The notes: generated by a model not told the origin, from the sequence alone. A stretch of 63,996 nucleotides of DNA, filler included, from Octopus bimaculoides (GCF_001194135.2; 7 parts of 6 records of this genome joined end to end with filler, not necessarily neighbours in it), one strand, 5' to 3'. Shown: positions 10,609 through 22,845, numbered from the whole stretch's first letter. Program-made: numbers and translations.

Positions 10609-12697
10609 GTTTTAAGAAATCAATTTGTGTCAATAATCAGATCGCAAAAATGCGATGGAACTATTTAAGACTTCATAGTAGCCGGTTACTATTTAACAAA
10701 TAAACCACAACTGAACGTAAATGTCTTTTGTGTGTTCTTTAAATGGTTAAAATAACAATTCTTTTATATATTTGTTTCAGTTTTAAACACAAAGTTTCTC
10801 ATCACGTTAAATCGTCAAATAAATACAACTCCGATTTCAAAGAAGTCTTCTGGCGAAATAGATTCTAAATCTAATGGAAATGTGCCTTATCCATAACTAG
10901 ATTTACTTTCAAGTATGCTTTAGTCTGTGAATCCAAGGCTAGTCAAAAATTCATTTCCTTTATGATTCTGTGGCTTTAGAGACGGTTATATTTATATGAT
11001 TAGAAGTTTTCTTTTATAGAACAAATAAACGTGGTGAACTACTCCGACTCGCGAGACAAGTTACTCCAGAACCTATAATATAAGATAATATAATATCCTT
11101 TTATACATAACGTGATAAATATATATAAGTATGTATATTTGTTTGTTCAAATAACAAAGATATATTGATATTATGTCATTGAGAAATTTAAACTTTTATA
11201 GGTGGGTCATTTTGAAGAGCTGCTGTACACTTTCCGTTTCTCTCTCTTTCTCTCTTCTCTATCTTTCTCTCTATCTCTCTTTCTTTCTTACCCACCTTCA
11301 CACACATCCACACACATCTGCACTCATATATACACACTCACACTCATTCTCACTCTCATACCGGATGGTCACGGCTGGAGCGCATTCGATCATGTGTCTT
11401 CTATTCGACGAGGACTGACATTAAAGTCGAACGGTAAGGCTTTGTAGGATGTACCGTGCTTTCCCTAATGGTTTTAGGTGTTCACGTAATCGCGAATGGA
11501 CATAGATAGCAGGGCTTCTTAGCCTATAGATCCCCTGGGCATATCAATGCATTGGACCCAATAGCATTTATTTATTGACTGCAAGCTACATCAGACATAG
11601 ATTAGAACTGAGTCCCTGTACCCGTGAGGTACCCGTACAACTATCCAGTGTTCCCATACCTTCAGATGGCGCTGATGGACACTCTCTCAACATCCTCACC
11701 TCGAACCAACAGAATATCCAGGATGTGCCAGCTGAAGACACAGAGAGAAAGAGAGAAAGAGAGGAGAGGGGAGAGGGGAGAGAGAGAAAGTAAGAAAGAA
11801 AAAAAGAAAGAGAACGGCCCCACTCATTCAGTTAGCACTTGTTACAGCTGAGTAAACTGGAGCAATGTGAAACGAAGTACCTTGCTCAAAGGCACAACGC
11901 ACCACCTGGTTTAGGTATTGAACCTGTGAACTTATAAACACGAATAAAAAGACCTTAACCACTAGGCCACGCGTCTTCCACAAATGTGTAATTATATTGC
12001 TTCGGTGAGAGAAAATGTCTCTAAATATATGTTAGTTGACAGGTCAAATGTAAATTATTAATTTCTATCGTAATAACTGCTAAAATTGCCAAACAAGTTG
12101 ATGCTTAGACGGAAAATTGCGCATTGCCCATTGTTACTTTTACGCTATATATCTTGAACCTATAATTTAGACTGAAATAAATATCAAGTCAGATGTATTT
12201 GGACTACAGCCAAAGAGTACATATCATACGAAAACACTGAATTTCCATCTCAAGCACATATTGGCCGATACCTACCAATTAAGTCGAATGAGCAGCTAGA
12301 GTTTAGTAAAGGGGAAAAAAAAAGAAAGACGAAGAAAAACTTGGAATAAAACGAAAGGGAAAAATAAGAGTAAGTGTATTTATCAGACAATGGACATCGT
12401 GTTGCTTTCAATGGAAGTAAATCGTCAGAGGAAATCAGTACAAAACAATACATTTTTAATTAAAGAAAGGAAAATGAGAGCAAGTGATCGAACGAAGGTT
12501 TTTTGTTAATTCTTTATTAATATTAGTTTCAAACTTTAGCACAAAGCCAGCAATTTTAGGGGAGGGGTAAGTCGATTACATTGAATCCAGTATTCAACTG
12601 GTATTTATTTCATTGACCTCGAAATGGATGAAAGGTAAAGTTGACGTCGGTGGAATTTGAACTCACAACATCAAGACAGACGAAATACCGTTAAGTA

Positions 12698-12925
12698 TTG
12701 GGTTGTCCGGAAAGTTCGTGACGATTTTGAAAGGAAAGAAAAAGGTCAATAAATACTTGCCATTACATTTTTAGTCAACCAAATATGAACCATTTTGTTG
12801 TACAATGCGTCTCCATCTTTCCTTTAACTTGAAAATACCCTCTTCCCAGAATTGAGGTGGTTTCATGGCAAATAAGCCGAAAGGTAAGCTATTATAAATC
12901 GGCACAAACTTTCCAGACAACACAA
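12698..12925 (-). mobile_element. Internally deleted mariner element (MITE) nested in a family A SINE
   Basis: 30-bp TIRs (TTGGGTTGTCCGGAAAGTTCGTGACGATTT vs reverse complement TTGTGTTGTCTGGAAAGTTTGTGCCGATTT), TA at 12696-12697 and 12926-12927. Minus strand encodes the mariner C-terminus FAMKPPQFWEEGIFKLKERWRRIVQQNGSYLVD*. Confidence 0.85.
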
Positions 12926-12957
12926 TATTTTGCCCAGCATGCTTACGATTCTGCCAG

Positions 12958-13201
12958 CCGTATCATGAAAATTGTTCAAAAACAATTGACCGAAAACAAT
13001 TATTCGAAAAAACAATTATTCGAAATAAATATCATTTGTGTACTTGATTTTTAATTTTATCCTTTTTGTTTAAATAAAATGAAAAATTTAGAATAATTGA
13101 CATTTCGTATAATTGGCCTTTTGAATAATTTCCATTCGAATAAATGTTTTTTTGAATAATTGTTTTCGAACAATTATTTTCGAACAATGTTCACATAATC
13201 C
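12958..13201. mobile_element. Foldback-type MITE with about 65-bp inverted arms built of short tandem units
   Basis: Left arm TGAAAATTGTTCAAAAACAATTGACCGAAAACAATTATTCGAAAAAACAATTATTCGAA matches the reverse complement of about 13133-13195. No clear TSD. Confidence 0.6.
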
Positions 13202-13644
13202 TTCCATATTGGTTTCAAATTTTAGCACAAGTCCAACAATTTCGAGGGAGGGTGTCAGTCGCTTACGTTGATTCCAGTATGCAACTGGTACTTATTTTAT
13301 CGACGCCGAAAGAATAAAAGGCAAAGTCGACCTCGGAGGAATTTGAACTCAGAACGTAAAGACAGACGAAATATCGCTAAGCATTTCGCCCGGTGTACTA
13401 ACGCTTCTGCCAGCTCACCGCTTTGATTTGAAATCAATATTAATGTGTTAAAAGCGGCGAGCTGGTACAATCATTAGCAAGACGGACAAAATGTTCAGCG
13501 GCCTTTCTTCAGGCTCTTTCGTTCTGAGTTTAAATCCCACCGCGGTCAGTGGGGTGGAGTACTGTAATAATGGTATACAATTTAGACACAGAAAATTTTG
13601 AAGGAAGACACACCGCATTTTTTTTCCGATGCTTTAAAGATTCT

Positions 13645-13744
13645 NNNNNNNNNNNNNNNNNNNNNNNNNNNNNNNNNNNNNNNNNNNNTTAATTAATTAA
13701 NNNNNNNNNNNNNNNNNNNNNNNNNNNNNNNNNNNNNNNNNNNN
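13645..13744. other. Synthetic assembly spacer 44N-TTAATTAATTAA-44N
   Basis: Exactly 100 bp; identical to five other spacers. Confidence 0.95.
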
Positions 13745-14109
13745 CACACACACACACACACCTTCTTATACATGACACCGTGCCCCGCACACAGCATCAA
13801 AGTTCATAAATCAAACCACAGTCGTCTACTTAAAGACGATTGCAATCTTCTTACCATTCGTCTTGTCTTTGTCTCCAGGAATGTCAATGATTAATAGCGA
13901 ATCAATTTGGGCGTGTCACTTTACATTGATTTACTCCACTACACATTAGCACCGCCCTATTCCTGTTATGTCTTGCTGGTTGCACCCAATTTCAGCGAGA
14001 CACTGCCCTCCAGTCATTCGTCATGTAGCTTTTGGCTTTTGACACCGTATTCTTTGGATGTTTCGCCTTCTCAAAGAGAGAGGATTCGTTCGTTCTAGAA
14101 GCGAAGTCA

Positions 14110-14925
14110 CCTTCGTAGCAGCATTAGTAGTAGTAATAGTAGTAGTAGCAGCAGTAGTAGCAGTAATGGTTGTAGCAGTAGTTGTAGTAGCAGCAGTAGT
14201 AACAGTAGTAGTTGCAGTAGTAGTAGAAATAGTAGTCGTCGTCGTCGCAGTAGTAGTAGAAGTAGTAGTAGAAGTAGTAGTAGTAGTCGCAGTAGTAGCA
14301 GCAATAGTAGAAGTAGTAGTAATAACAGTAGTAGTAGTAGTAGTAGTAGCAGTAGTAGTAGTAGTAGTAGTAGTAGTCGCAGTAGTAGCAGCAATAGTAG
14401 AAGTAGTAGTAATAGCAGTAGTAGTAGTAGTAGCAGTNNNNNNNNNNNNNNNNNNNNNNNNNNNNNNNNNNNNNNNNNNNNNNNNNNNNNNNNNNNNNNN
14501 NNNNNNNNNNNNNNNNNNNNNNNNNNNNNNNNNNNNNNNNNNNNNNNNNNNNNNNNNNNNNNNNNNNNNNNNNNNNNNNNNNNNNNNNNNNNNNNNNNNN
14601 NNNNNNNNNNNNNNNNNNNNNNNNNNNNNNNNNNNNNNNNNNNNNNNNNNNNNNNNNNNNNNNNNNNNNNNNNNNNNNNNGTAGTAGCAGCAGTAGTAGT
14701 AGTAGTAGTAGTCGCAGTAGTAGCAGCAATAGTAGAAGTAGTAGTAATAGCAGTAGTAGTAGTAGTAGTAGCAGCAGTAGTAGTAGTAGTAGTAGTCGCA
14801 GTAGTAGCAGCAATAGTAGAAGTAGTAGTAATAGCAGTAGTAGTAGTAGTAGTAGTAGTAGTAGCAGTAGTAGTAGTTGTAGTAGTCGCAGTAGTAGCAG
14901 CAATAGTAGAAGTAGTAGTAATAGC

Positions 14926-14958
<33 letters not shown>

Positions 14959-15082
14959 CGCAGTAGTAGCAGCAATAGTAGAAGTAGTAGTAATAGCAGT
15001 AGTAGTAGTAGTAGCAGTGGTAGTAGAAATAGTAGAAGTAGTAGTAGTAGTAGCAGCAATAGTAGTAGTAGCAATAGCAGTT

Positions 15083-15114
<32 letters not shown>

Positions 15115-15250
15115 TTTAGTAGTTTTAGTAGTAGTAGTTGTAGTAGTAGTAGTAGTAGTAAAGGAAATAGTCGTTGTAGAGGTAATGGTAGTACTAGTAG
15201 TTGTGGAGTTGATTTACTACTACTACTACTACTACTACTACTAGTAATAG
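14110..15250. repeat. Degenerate (GTA/GCA)n trinucleotide array with a higher-order unit of about 65-75 bp, ending in an inverted (TAC)n tract
   Basis: Recurring unit GTAGTC GCA GTAGTA GCAGCA ATAGTA GAA GTAGTAGTA ATAGCA (GTA)n; N gap 14438-14680; (CTA)n at 15217-15243. Confidence 0.9.
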
Positions 15251-15975
15251 TAGCAGCAGTATTTGTAATGTTGAAGGCTCGTGGCTCAATTGTTAGGGCA
15301 TCCATCTCAAGATCGTAAAGTCGTGAGTTCGATTCCCGGGAGCATGTTTTATCCTTGAGCACAACACTATTTCCACGTTGCCCCAGTCCACTCAGATGGC
15401 AAAAACGAAGATACTTGTAGTTCTTCCCCCGATTATAAAATTTGTATCATCGAGTGACTCGTGTTTAATTTTGGGAAACAGGAAAACATTTTTCTCCGCC
15501 TTGTCACAGATTTCGATTTCACATAATCTTATTCATAAAGGCCTAGTGGTTAAGGTATTGCATTCACGATCACTAAATCATGGGTTCGACTCCCAGAGGT
15601 TCGGTGCGCTGTGTTCTTGAGCAATCCACTTCATTTCAAATTGCTTCAGTTCACTCAGCTGTGACAGAATAGCCTTCAATAGGGAGGGGAATGTTGTTCT
15701 GCTCCCCTAGCCAGCAGTGCGGCGCCATTCGAAAGCTTAAACAATGTGAAATGCACTGTGACTAGCGATGTATGACAACATCTGAAAGTCTGGTCGATAC
15801 CATGATACTTGTAATAATTTTATTCTAATTCCGCCCGAAGTCGACTCTGCCTTTCATCCGTTCGAGGTCGATAAATTAAGTATCAGTTGCATACTGCGTT
15901 TGATCTAATCGACTGCCTCCCCGCCCCCAAATTCGGACCTTGTGCCTAGAGTAGAAAAGAATATAAATTATTTTT

Positions 15976-16195
15976 AAGGAGGCGAGCTGACAGAATCGTT
16001 AGCACGCCGGGCGAAATGCTTAGCGGTATTTCGTCTACCGTTACGTTCTGAGTTCAAATTCCGCCGAGGTTGACTTTGCCTTTCGTCCTTTCGGGGTCGA
16101 TAAATTAAGTACCAGTTACACACTGGGTCGATGTAATCGACTGGCCCCAACCTCCTCAAAAATTCCGGGCTTTGTGCTTAGAGTAGAAAAGAATA
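15976..16195 (+). mobile_element. Well-preserved full-length family A SINE
   Basis: GGCGAGCTGACAGAATCGTTAGCACGCCGGGCGAAATGC...GAGTTCAAATTCCGCC (B box)...GCCTTTCGTCCTTTCGGGGTCGATAAATTAAGTACCAG. Confidence 0.85.
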
Positions 16196-17060
16196 ATTTT
16201 ATTCAAATGTCTGCTGAATATTGGATAATGAGATATTGGACAATGAGATCAAATTGTGACTACCAAATCATCACTCATAACAAATTAGTCAAATCGAGGC
16301 ATGTTTGAAAACATCATTCTAAGTTACTGTGCTGTGATATCGAACTCTGAACACGTCGTTGCGCATCAAACTTGGTAGTCATGCAGCTATATTTGCGTCG
16401 ATTGAAATGAATGAAATAAAAACATCCCTTAGTCTTAGTTAATTAGAATGAGAATTTATATTAGCTGGAAGTGTATAATGACACGAATATAGTAGTAAAA
16501 ATTATATGCGTCACAACTTAGGAAAATGGAGATTATGACTAGTGTATGTATGCATATGTGTGTGCGTGGATATGTATATGTACATTGTGTGTCGAGTTTA
16601 CTATTGCACATTAGTTTCCTGAATCATGGTTATTTTCCTTGGCGACACTAAAATTGGTATCCACTGAAAACAGTCGACTATCGTCTGGTCATTCAGTGTG
16701 ACAACTTCCGCTCAGCTTTACTGTGTTTGTTTTCTCATCTCAATATTTTGCAAAAGAAAATGCATCGCCCATATTTAAATATCTTATGTACTTGCCTACC
16801 TCTGTCTCACTGCTAGTTTTGCATAGTCTCGACAATATTTGTACATGCACAGACTTGTCTATTTAATATCTGCCTTCCTCTACTTTCACTTTATTCTATT
16901 TCTCTCATTCTTTCCTTTATAATTCTCCTTTATTTTTATTCTTTTTTTGTTTTACATTTAGCTACCTCACTTTATATTTTAATATTGCAATACTCCAAAA
17001 CGGCGAACTGGCAGCATAGTTACCGCCCCGGGGAAAATGCTTAGTGGCATTTCTTTAGTC

Positions 17061-17544
17061 CAGGAGTGGGGAAACTTTTTAGTGCAGCGTGCAAAAATTT
17101 CCAATGAAAAAGGTCCGCGGGCGGACCACAAGTTTTAACTCTTATATCTGTGCAAATCTTGTATATATCTAAGTGTAATTCGATATACATTAATAAGGAT
17201 AAGTTTAACATATTAAATTAACGCGTAATGTCTTCATTAACGCCGCCACTAAATTTAGGACGTTTATATCACTTATGCGGTCGTTTATATTTTTCAGTTA
17301 GAGTGTAGTTGGGTCTCAAGGGGATGGTACAAACCTACCAATATGTGTTTTATAGTGAAAACAAAATTTCCATTCAAATGGCAATTATCGGACGATTTTC
17401 TGTTCGAGTCTGACTGTTTTAAGTCGTAGTAGAAACGGGACCTATGTCGCGAATAGGCATATGAATATTGTATAAATTTTACAATTGAAAAATTTATTGT
17501 ATTTTGTGCATACGAGTACATCGGCGGGGGTTTCCCCACCCTTG
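17061..17544. mobile_element. hAT-type MITE (484 bp) nested in a family A SINE
   Basis: TIRs CAGGAGTGGGGAAAC / GTTTCCCCACCCTTG (13/15). Perfect 8-bp TSD CTTTAGTC at 17053-17060 and 17545-17552. The host SINE resumes colinearly. Confidence 0.9.
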
Positions 17545-19497
17545 CTTTAGTCTTAACGTTCGGAGTTCAAAATCCGTCGAGTTCGATTTACCGTTTTATC
17601 CTTTTGGAGTTGATAAAATAAGTTTCTGTTGAGCACTGGAATCGATGTAATCGATTTACACCCCTTCGCTAAAATTGGTAGCTTTTGCCAAAATTTGAAA
17701 TCAATATTACAATACATTTACTGCGTTAGTTTTGCCGAATCGGTAGAGTGGAGGACAAACTGTTTGTGGTATTTAATTACATGCAAAGGTAAGTGCAAAT
17801 GTCACAAAGTCAGTTTTGCATTTTACCCTTCCGGAATCGATAACATAAAAATTCTACTCTGACTGCAAAATCTCCCCCCGGTGACCAATCACAACGACCA
17901 AAACAACTTGTGTTCTCAGAATAAAACATATTTTCCTCATATGTTATTATTCACTGATTCATTCCACCGTTTTATGTTTTTTAATCAAACAATAGTGATA
18001 AATACGAGTGAAATTTTTTTTATATATAATACACGAGGTTATTTCAAATTACAGCTTTTTCTAAAGCTCTAGAATTATTTGAAAGTAAATTTACCGAGTT
18101 ATATAAAAAAAACAATCTGCAGTGTAATTGGTAACATGCATATTTTTTGGCAAATTGCAAGGTTCATCGTTCAAACAGAGGATCCTTTCAGACTAGGATT
18201 TCTAAGTTGTCTCATTATTCCAGCACTTCTTTTTTACTTCAGGCAATTATTTTTGGTCCGATCCACATAAATTTACTCGCTTTTTAATTATACTTATATA
18301 TTTTTAGAGTGAATACACCCATTGGTTACAATTTTTGGCGCAAGACAGCAATTCCAGGGGAGGTAGGAGTCAATTACATTGATTGCAGTGATTAACTGGT
18401 ACTCGTACATATTTTTTTCTATTCTAGGCACAAAGCCCAAAATTGCGGGGTAGGGGGGGCCAGTCGATTAGATCGACCTCAATACGCAACTGGTACTTAA
18501 TTTATCGACTCCGAAAGGATGAAAGGCAAAGTCGACCTCAGCAGAATTTGAACTCAGAACGTAAAAACACGAAATACCGCTCAGCATTTCGCCCGGCGTG
18601 CTAACGATTCTGCCAACTCGCTGTCTTCCCATATGAAAATAATAATAAACCATTGAGGAAGGTGATAATTATTCAGAGGGGATTTTGTGACGTGAATGAC
18701 TGTATATAATGTTAGTGCGCCAAGAGCAGATAAATGAGCACAAAATAATTTCTTTTGTCGATAAGGGATTCTATCAGCGTGACGTCTTAAGAGCAAAATC
18801 TCCTGCGGTAATGGTAATAGTGTCTATAGAATGAGCGTGTAGAAATTCTCAGTAACAGAGGATTGATGATACAGTCAATAGTACAAGCTTTAACCGAGTT
18901 GGTACACTGATGAATATTGAACGCCTTTGCTTCTTTCTCTGAATGTTCTGATATCGTAGACTCAAAGACCTAAAAATTGATATTGGCTTCAATATATANN
19001 NNNNNNNNNNNNNNNNNNNNNNNNNNNNNNNNNNNNNNNNNNNNNNNNNNNNNNNNNNNNNNNNNNATATATATATATATAAAGAACAAAACGAAAAGAC
19101 CTTAAACTGCTAATAGTTATATAACTAACTCTGAAAAGTAGAATTGCTTATTTAAAAGAGGTCAGATCCTCAGTAATTGACTAGTGCAATAAAACACCAT
19201 TAGTGAGTAATGAGACAATTTGATTGCTAAAGGCAGTCTCTAATTTATAACCGAATGCCAAAAGTTTTTAATATTAATACTGCCGCTAAGGCGGCAATCT
19301 GGCAGAATCGTTACCACGCCGGGCAAAATGCTTAGCGGCATTTCGTCCGTCTTCACTTTCTGAGTTCAAATTCCGTCGAGGTCAACTTTGCTTTTTATCC
19401 TCTCAGGGTCGATAAAATAAGTACCAGATGTATTCGACTTACTCCCTATCCCCAAGTTTCAGGCCTTGTACCTATAATTAAAAATAATATTTATACT

Positions 19498-19788
19498 ACA
19501 GTTCTATATTTAAGAGATGAGGAATTATTAACATTATTTACATTATTTACATTTGACGGATATTTGTCCTCATCTTGTTTGTTGTTAACACAACGTTTCG
19601 GCTGATATACCCTCCAGCCTTCGTCAGGTGTCTTGGGGAAATTTCGAACCTGAGTTCTCATTCCTAACGATGTTACTATTATTATATTATTATTATTATT
19701 ACTATTAGTAATCAGGTCGCTGCCGTGAATCGAACTCGGAACCTTGGGGTTAGTAGCCCGCGCTCTTAACCACTACGCCATATGCCCG
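19498..19788 (-). mobile_element. tRNA-headed SINE carrying a hammerhead-ribozyme tail
   Basis: A box TGGCGTAGTGG, B box GAGTTCGATTC, (AAT)n spacer, hammerhead motif, 13-bp TSD TAATATTTATACT at 19485-19497 and 19789-19801. Confidence 0.85.
19587..19632 (-). ncRNA. Minimal type I hammerhead ribozyme motif (Penelope-like, palindromic stem III)
   Basis: Minus strand: GACAC-CTGACGA-A-GGCTG-GAGGGTATAT-CAGCC-GAAA-CGT-T-GTGTT. Stem I GACAC/GTGTT, stem II GGCTG/CAGCC, complete core CUGANGA and GAAA, ACGT palindromic stem III, predicted GUU cleavage between 19592 and 19591. Confidence 0.75.
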
Positions 19789-20816
19789 TAATATTTATAC
19801 TGCTGGAAAAGCGGCGAGCTGGTAATATCGTTAGAATGCTGAGCCAAACGCTTAGCGATATTTCGTCTGTTTTTACGATCTGAGTTCAAAGTCTACTGGA
19901 GGTCAGCTTAACCTTCTATCCTTTCAGGAACGATAAAATAAATACCAGTTAAGAACTGGGGTCCATGCAACCGGCTTACACTCGCTTCCGAACTTGCTGG
20001 CCTTATGCCAAAATTTGTAACTAATATTAATACTGCTTGGAAGCTTCAGTTACACATCACTAACAGAGATGCTGGATGAATCAAAGCAACATAAACTAAC
20101 TAGGATTAAATTTTCCAATCAAAACAAATGCTTTATATTCAGCCGTTCTCTAAAAAGGATTCATCGCTCAATAAACACATATCTTTCAGTCTCAACCATT
20201 TAGTGGTCATGCATGAGTTGAACTTCTTCCTATGTAAGCTTCAGAGGAAGTCACAGCTAATGAAATATTTGGATCCGAAGCATAGCTTTTGGTTGCATGT
20301 AAGCGAACTTCAATATTCTAGTACGGTTGAAGATGTAACATAAGTGTAGCGTGTATGAGTCATATATAACTAGAGGAGAAAAGGGGTTAGATTTGGATGA
20401 GATTTAGGGGTAGTGATGAATGTTGTGGTGAGGGTTAGATGGGAAATTAATATTCAATAATGGTTTTCTGGTGAAAAACCAATGAAAAAGAAAAGTAAAA
20501 AAAAAAAAAAGCCTCACACAGACACACACACACATACACAATGGGGTGAAAATAGAACTTGAGAAAGGGAGGTAGAAATGATGTGTAAACAATAAGGTGG
20601 GCGAGACGATAGAAAGAGAAGGAGAGAGAGAGTGAGAGGGAGTGAAAGAGAGAGGGGAGGAGATGGAGGTTTAGAAATACAGAGAATTAGATATTACACT
20701 GAGTGGGAGAAGAATGACAGGGACGGTGAGAATCAAGGAAATTAAGGTTGGCAGTTATCAGAGGATAGTCGAGAATGTTACGTCACATGTATGAGGGAGG
20801 GCAAAAATTAATAAAT

Positions 20817-20916
20817 NNNNNNNNNNNNNNNNNNNNNNNNNNNNNNNNNNNNNNNNNNNNTTAATTAATTAANNNNNNNNNNNNNNNNNNNNNNNNNNNN
20901 NNNNNNNNNNNNNNNN
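20817..20916. other. Synthetic assembly spacer 44N-TTAATTAATTAA-44N
   Basis: Exactly 100 bp. Confidence 0.95.
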
Positions 20917-20983
<67 letters not shown>

Positions 20984-21000
20984 CACATTCTCATTTTTAT

Positions 21001-21039
<39 letters not shown>

Positions 21040-21602
21040 CATGGCATAAACCAAGAAATAAAGAACCCCTTAACACGTTTGACCCTACGAGAATGATGGA
21101 CACCTTAGAACAATGAGAGCACAAGATATAAATGATACACAGATAATAAGCACATCAAACATGTACTTCCAGCATCAGCTGCCTAACAGATACCATTATA
21201 GTTTCAACACTTGGGTAATACCACCCAATCCAGCAGTGTCAACAGCACTAAAAATATAATTGCTGCCTAGAAATTAACAGACAAGAAGCAGGAGCAAACC
21301 ATTAATGAAATATGTCCATTATTTCTACACCTACTTATTATTACAAATCATCATCATCATCATCACCATCTAACATCCATTTTCCATGCTGGTATGGGTT
21401 GAAATCTCAAACATAAATCATTTCATACCGATGCTACATATTAACACAGAAATATTTTCAAATCGGACATTGCCACCTCAAGAATTATAGAACTTATAAT
21501 ACACAAGTAAACAAACAGCCTTAACATCTAAAAAGGTCAATCTCATCTACCAAGTCACCTATTCATTTCAAGATCTTCTGGACGTATTTTCCAAAGCAAA
21601 TA

Positions 21603-22070
21603 CTGTAAATCCTTGAGTATAGTCCGCCCTTGAGTATAATATGCAGAGGATTTTTAGGGGGCTGTACCACTGAAAAACCTAAACCTTGTGTATAATACGC
21701 ACCCCTTCTCTAACTTGAGTCAATGAGGTCTATATAACATCCTTGGTTTGTAAACATATATACGGTAACGTCCTTTATTATTGTATTTATAACATAATGC
21801 AAACGTGTAGCTTTTTTGTGCACTTTGCAGAAAATATAGAAATAACAGCAATAACATCAGTGAAAACTAAATATTAAATAAATTGCATTTACATATTTAT
21901 CACTATCAGTTACAAGCCCAACATCACAAAATGTGTCTGAATAAACATTGCCGGACAGCAAATAGAGACTCGGACATTTTTTCATTTTTAACCTCGTATA
22001 TAGTACGCACTAGGGATTTTTACCTTTAAATTTTGGGGAAAAAATGCGGATTATACTCAAGGATTTACGG
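21603..22070. mobile_element. Tc1/pogo-superfamily MITE (468 bp)
   Basis: 25-bp TIRs CTGTAAATCCTTGAGTATAGTCCGC vs reverse complement CCGTAAATCCTTGAGTATAATCCGC (2 mismatches); TA at 21601-21602 and 22071-22072. Confidence 0.85.
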
Positions 22071-22399
22071 TATTCAAAATAACTGTAGTTAGGAATATAA
22101 ATATTATTGACATATCTGCAGCAACCACTAAGTTATATGACTGAACCTATCTTTAACTTTCAGTATAAACCATTAAGAAAACTAAATATACATGAAGATA
22201 AATATATATCAGTTAATAAAAGGCTACAATTACAATCCATCAGAATACACTTAATTTGTTTAATATCCTCTCCATTAGTGCAATATATATGTTATTAATG
22301 GCCAAGCTAACTATCTTCTTTAATCTATTCTTACTGAAACAAGTGAAGCCATTATACAGACACTTGAATGAAAAAAACCCTTCACCGTTTCTAACGGAA

Positions 22400-22845
22400 A
22401 TATTCTTTCATTCTTTTACTTGTTTCAGTCAGTTGACCGTGGCCATGCTGGGGCACCGCCTTGAAGGATTTTGGTCCAACAAATCGACCTCAGGACTTAT
22501 ATATTTTTTTAAAGCCTAGTATTTATTCTATTAGTCTCTATTCTATTAGTCGCTTTTGCTGAACTGTTAAGTTAGAGAAATGTAAACACACCAACACCAG
22601 TTGTCAAGTGATGGGGGGTGGGGCTGAAAAAACACTGACACAAAGGCACATGCACATGCATGCATGCGTGCACACATACACACACACAGACGCACATACA
22701 CATCAGCTTCTTTCAGTCTCTGTCTACCAAATCCACTCATAAGGCTTTGGTCGGCCCAAGGCTATAGTAGAAAACACTTGCCCAAGGTGCCACACAGTGG
22801 GACTGAACCCAGAGCCATGTGATTGGAAAGCAAGCTTCTTAACTT
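22400..22845 (-). mobile_element. Family C SINE with internal (CA)/(TGCA) microsatellite
   Basis: Colinear with 31420-31850 and 40910-41298. Confidence 0.8.

Noticed and set aside
13689-13700. TTAATTAATTAA as a biological motif (PacI-like or homeodomain site)
   Set aside because: Always centred in exactly 44+44 N; it is a synthetic spacer.
14058-15362. 208-412 aa poly-V and poly-L ORFs
   Set aside because: They are translations of a (GTA)n array plus an N gap; no splice or homology support.
18720-18970. Unique sequence with a minus-strand acceptor and a 60-codon open frame
   Set aside because: No good donor and no recognisable product.
21150-21270. Possible next dynein exon (SNYIFSAVDTAGLGG...)
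   Set aside because: All three frames stop early, and similarity to the expected ACAPPGGGR motif is at chance level.
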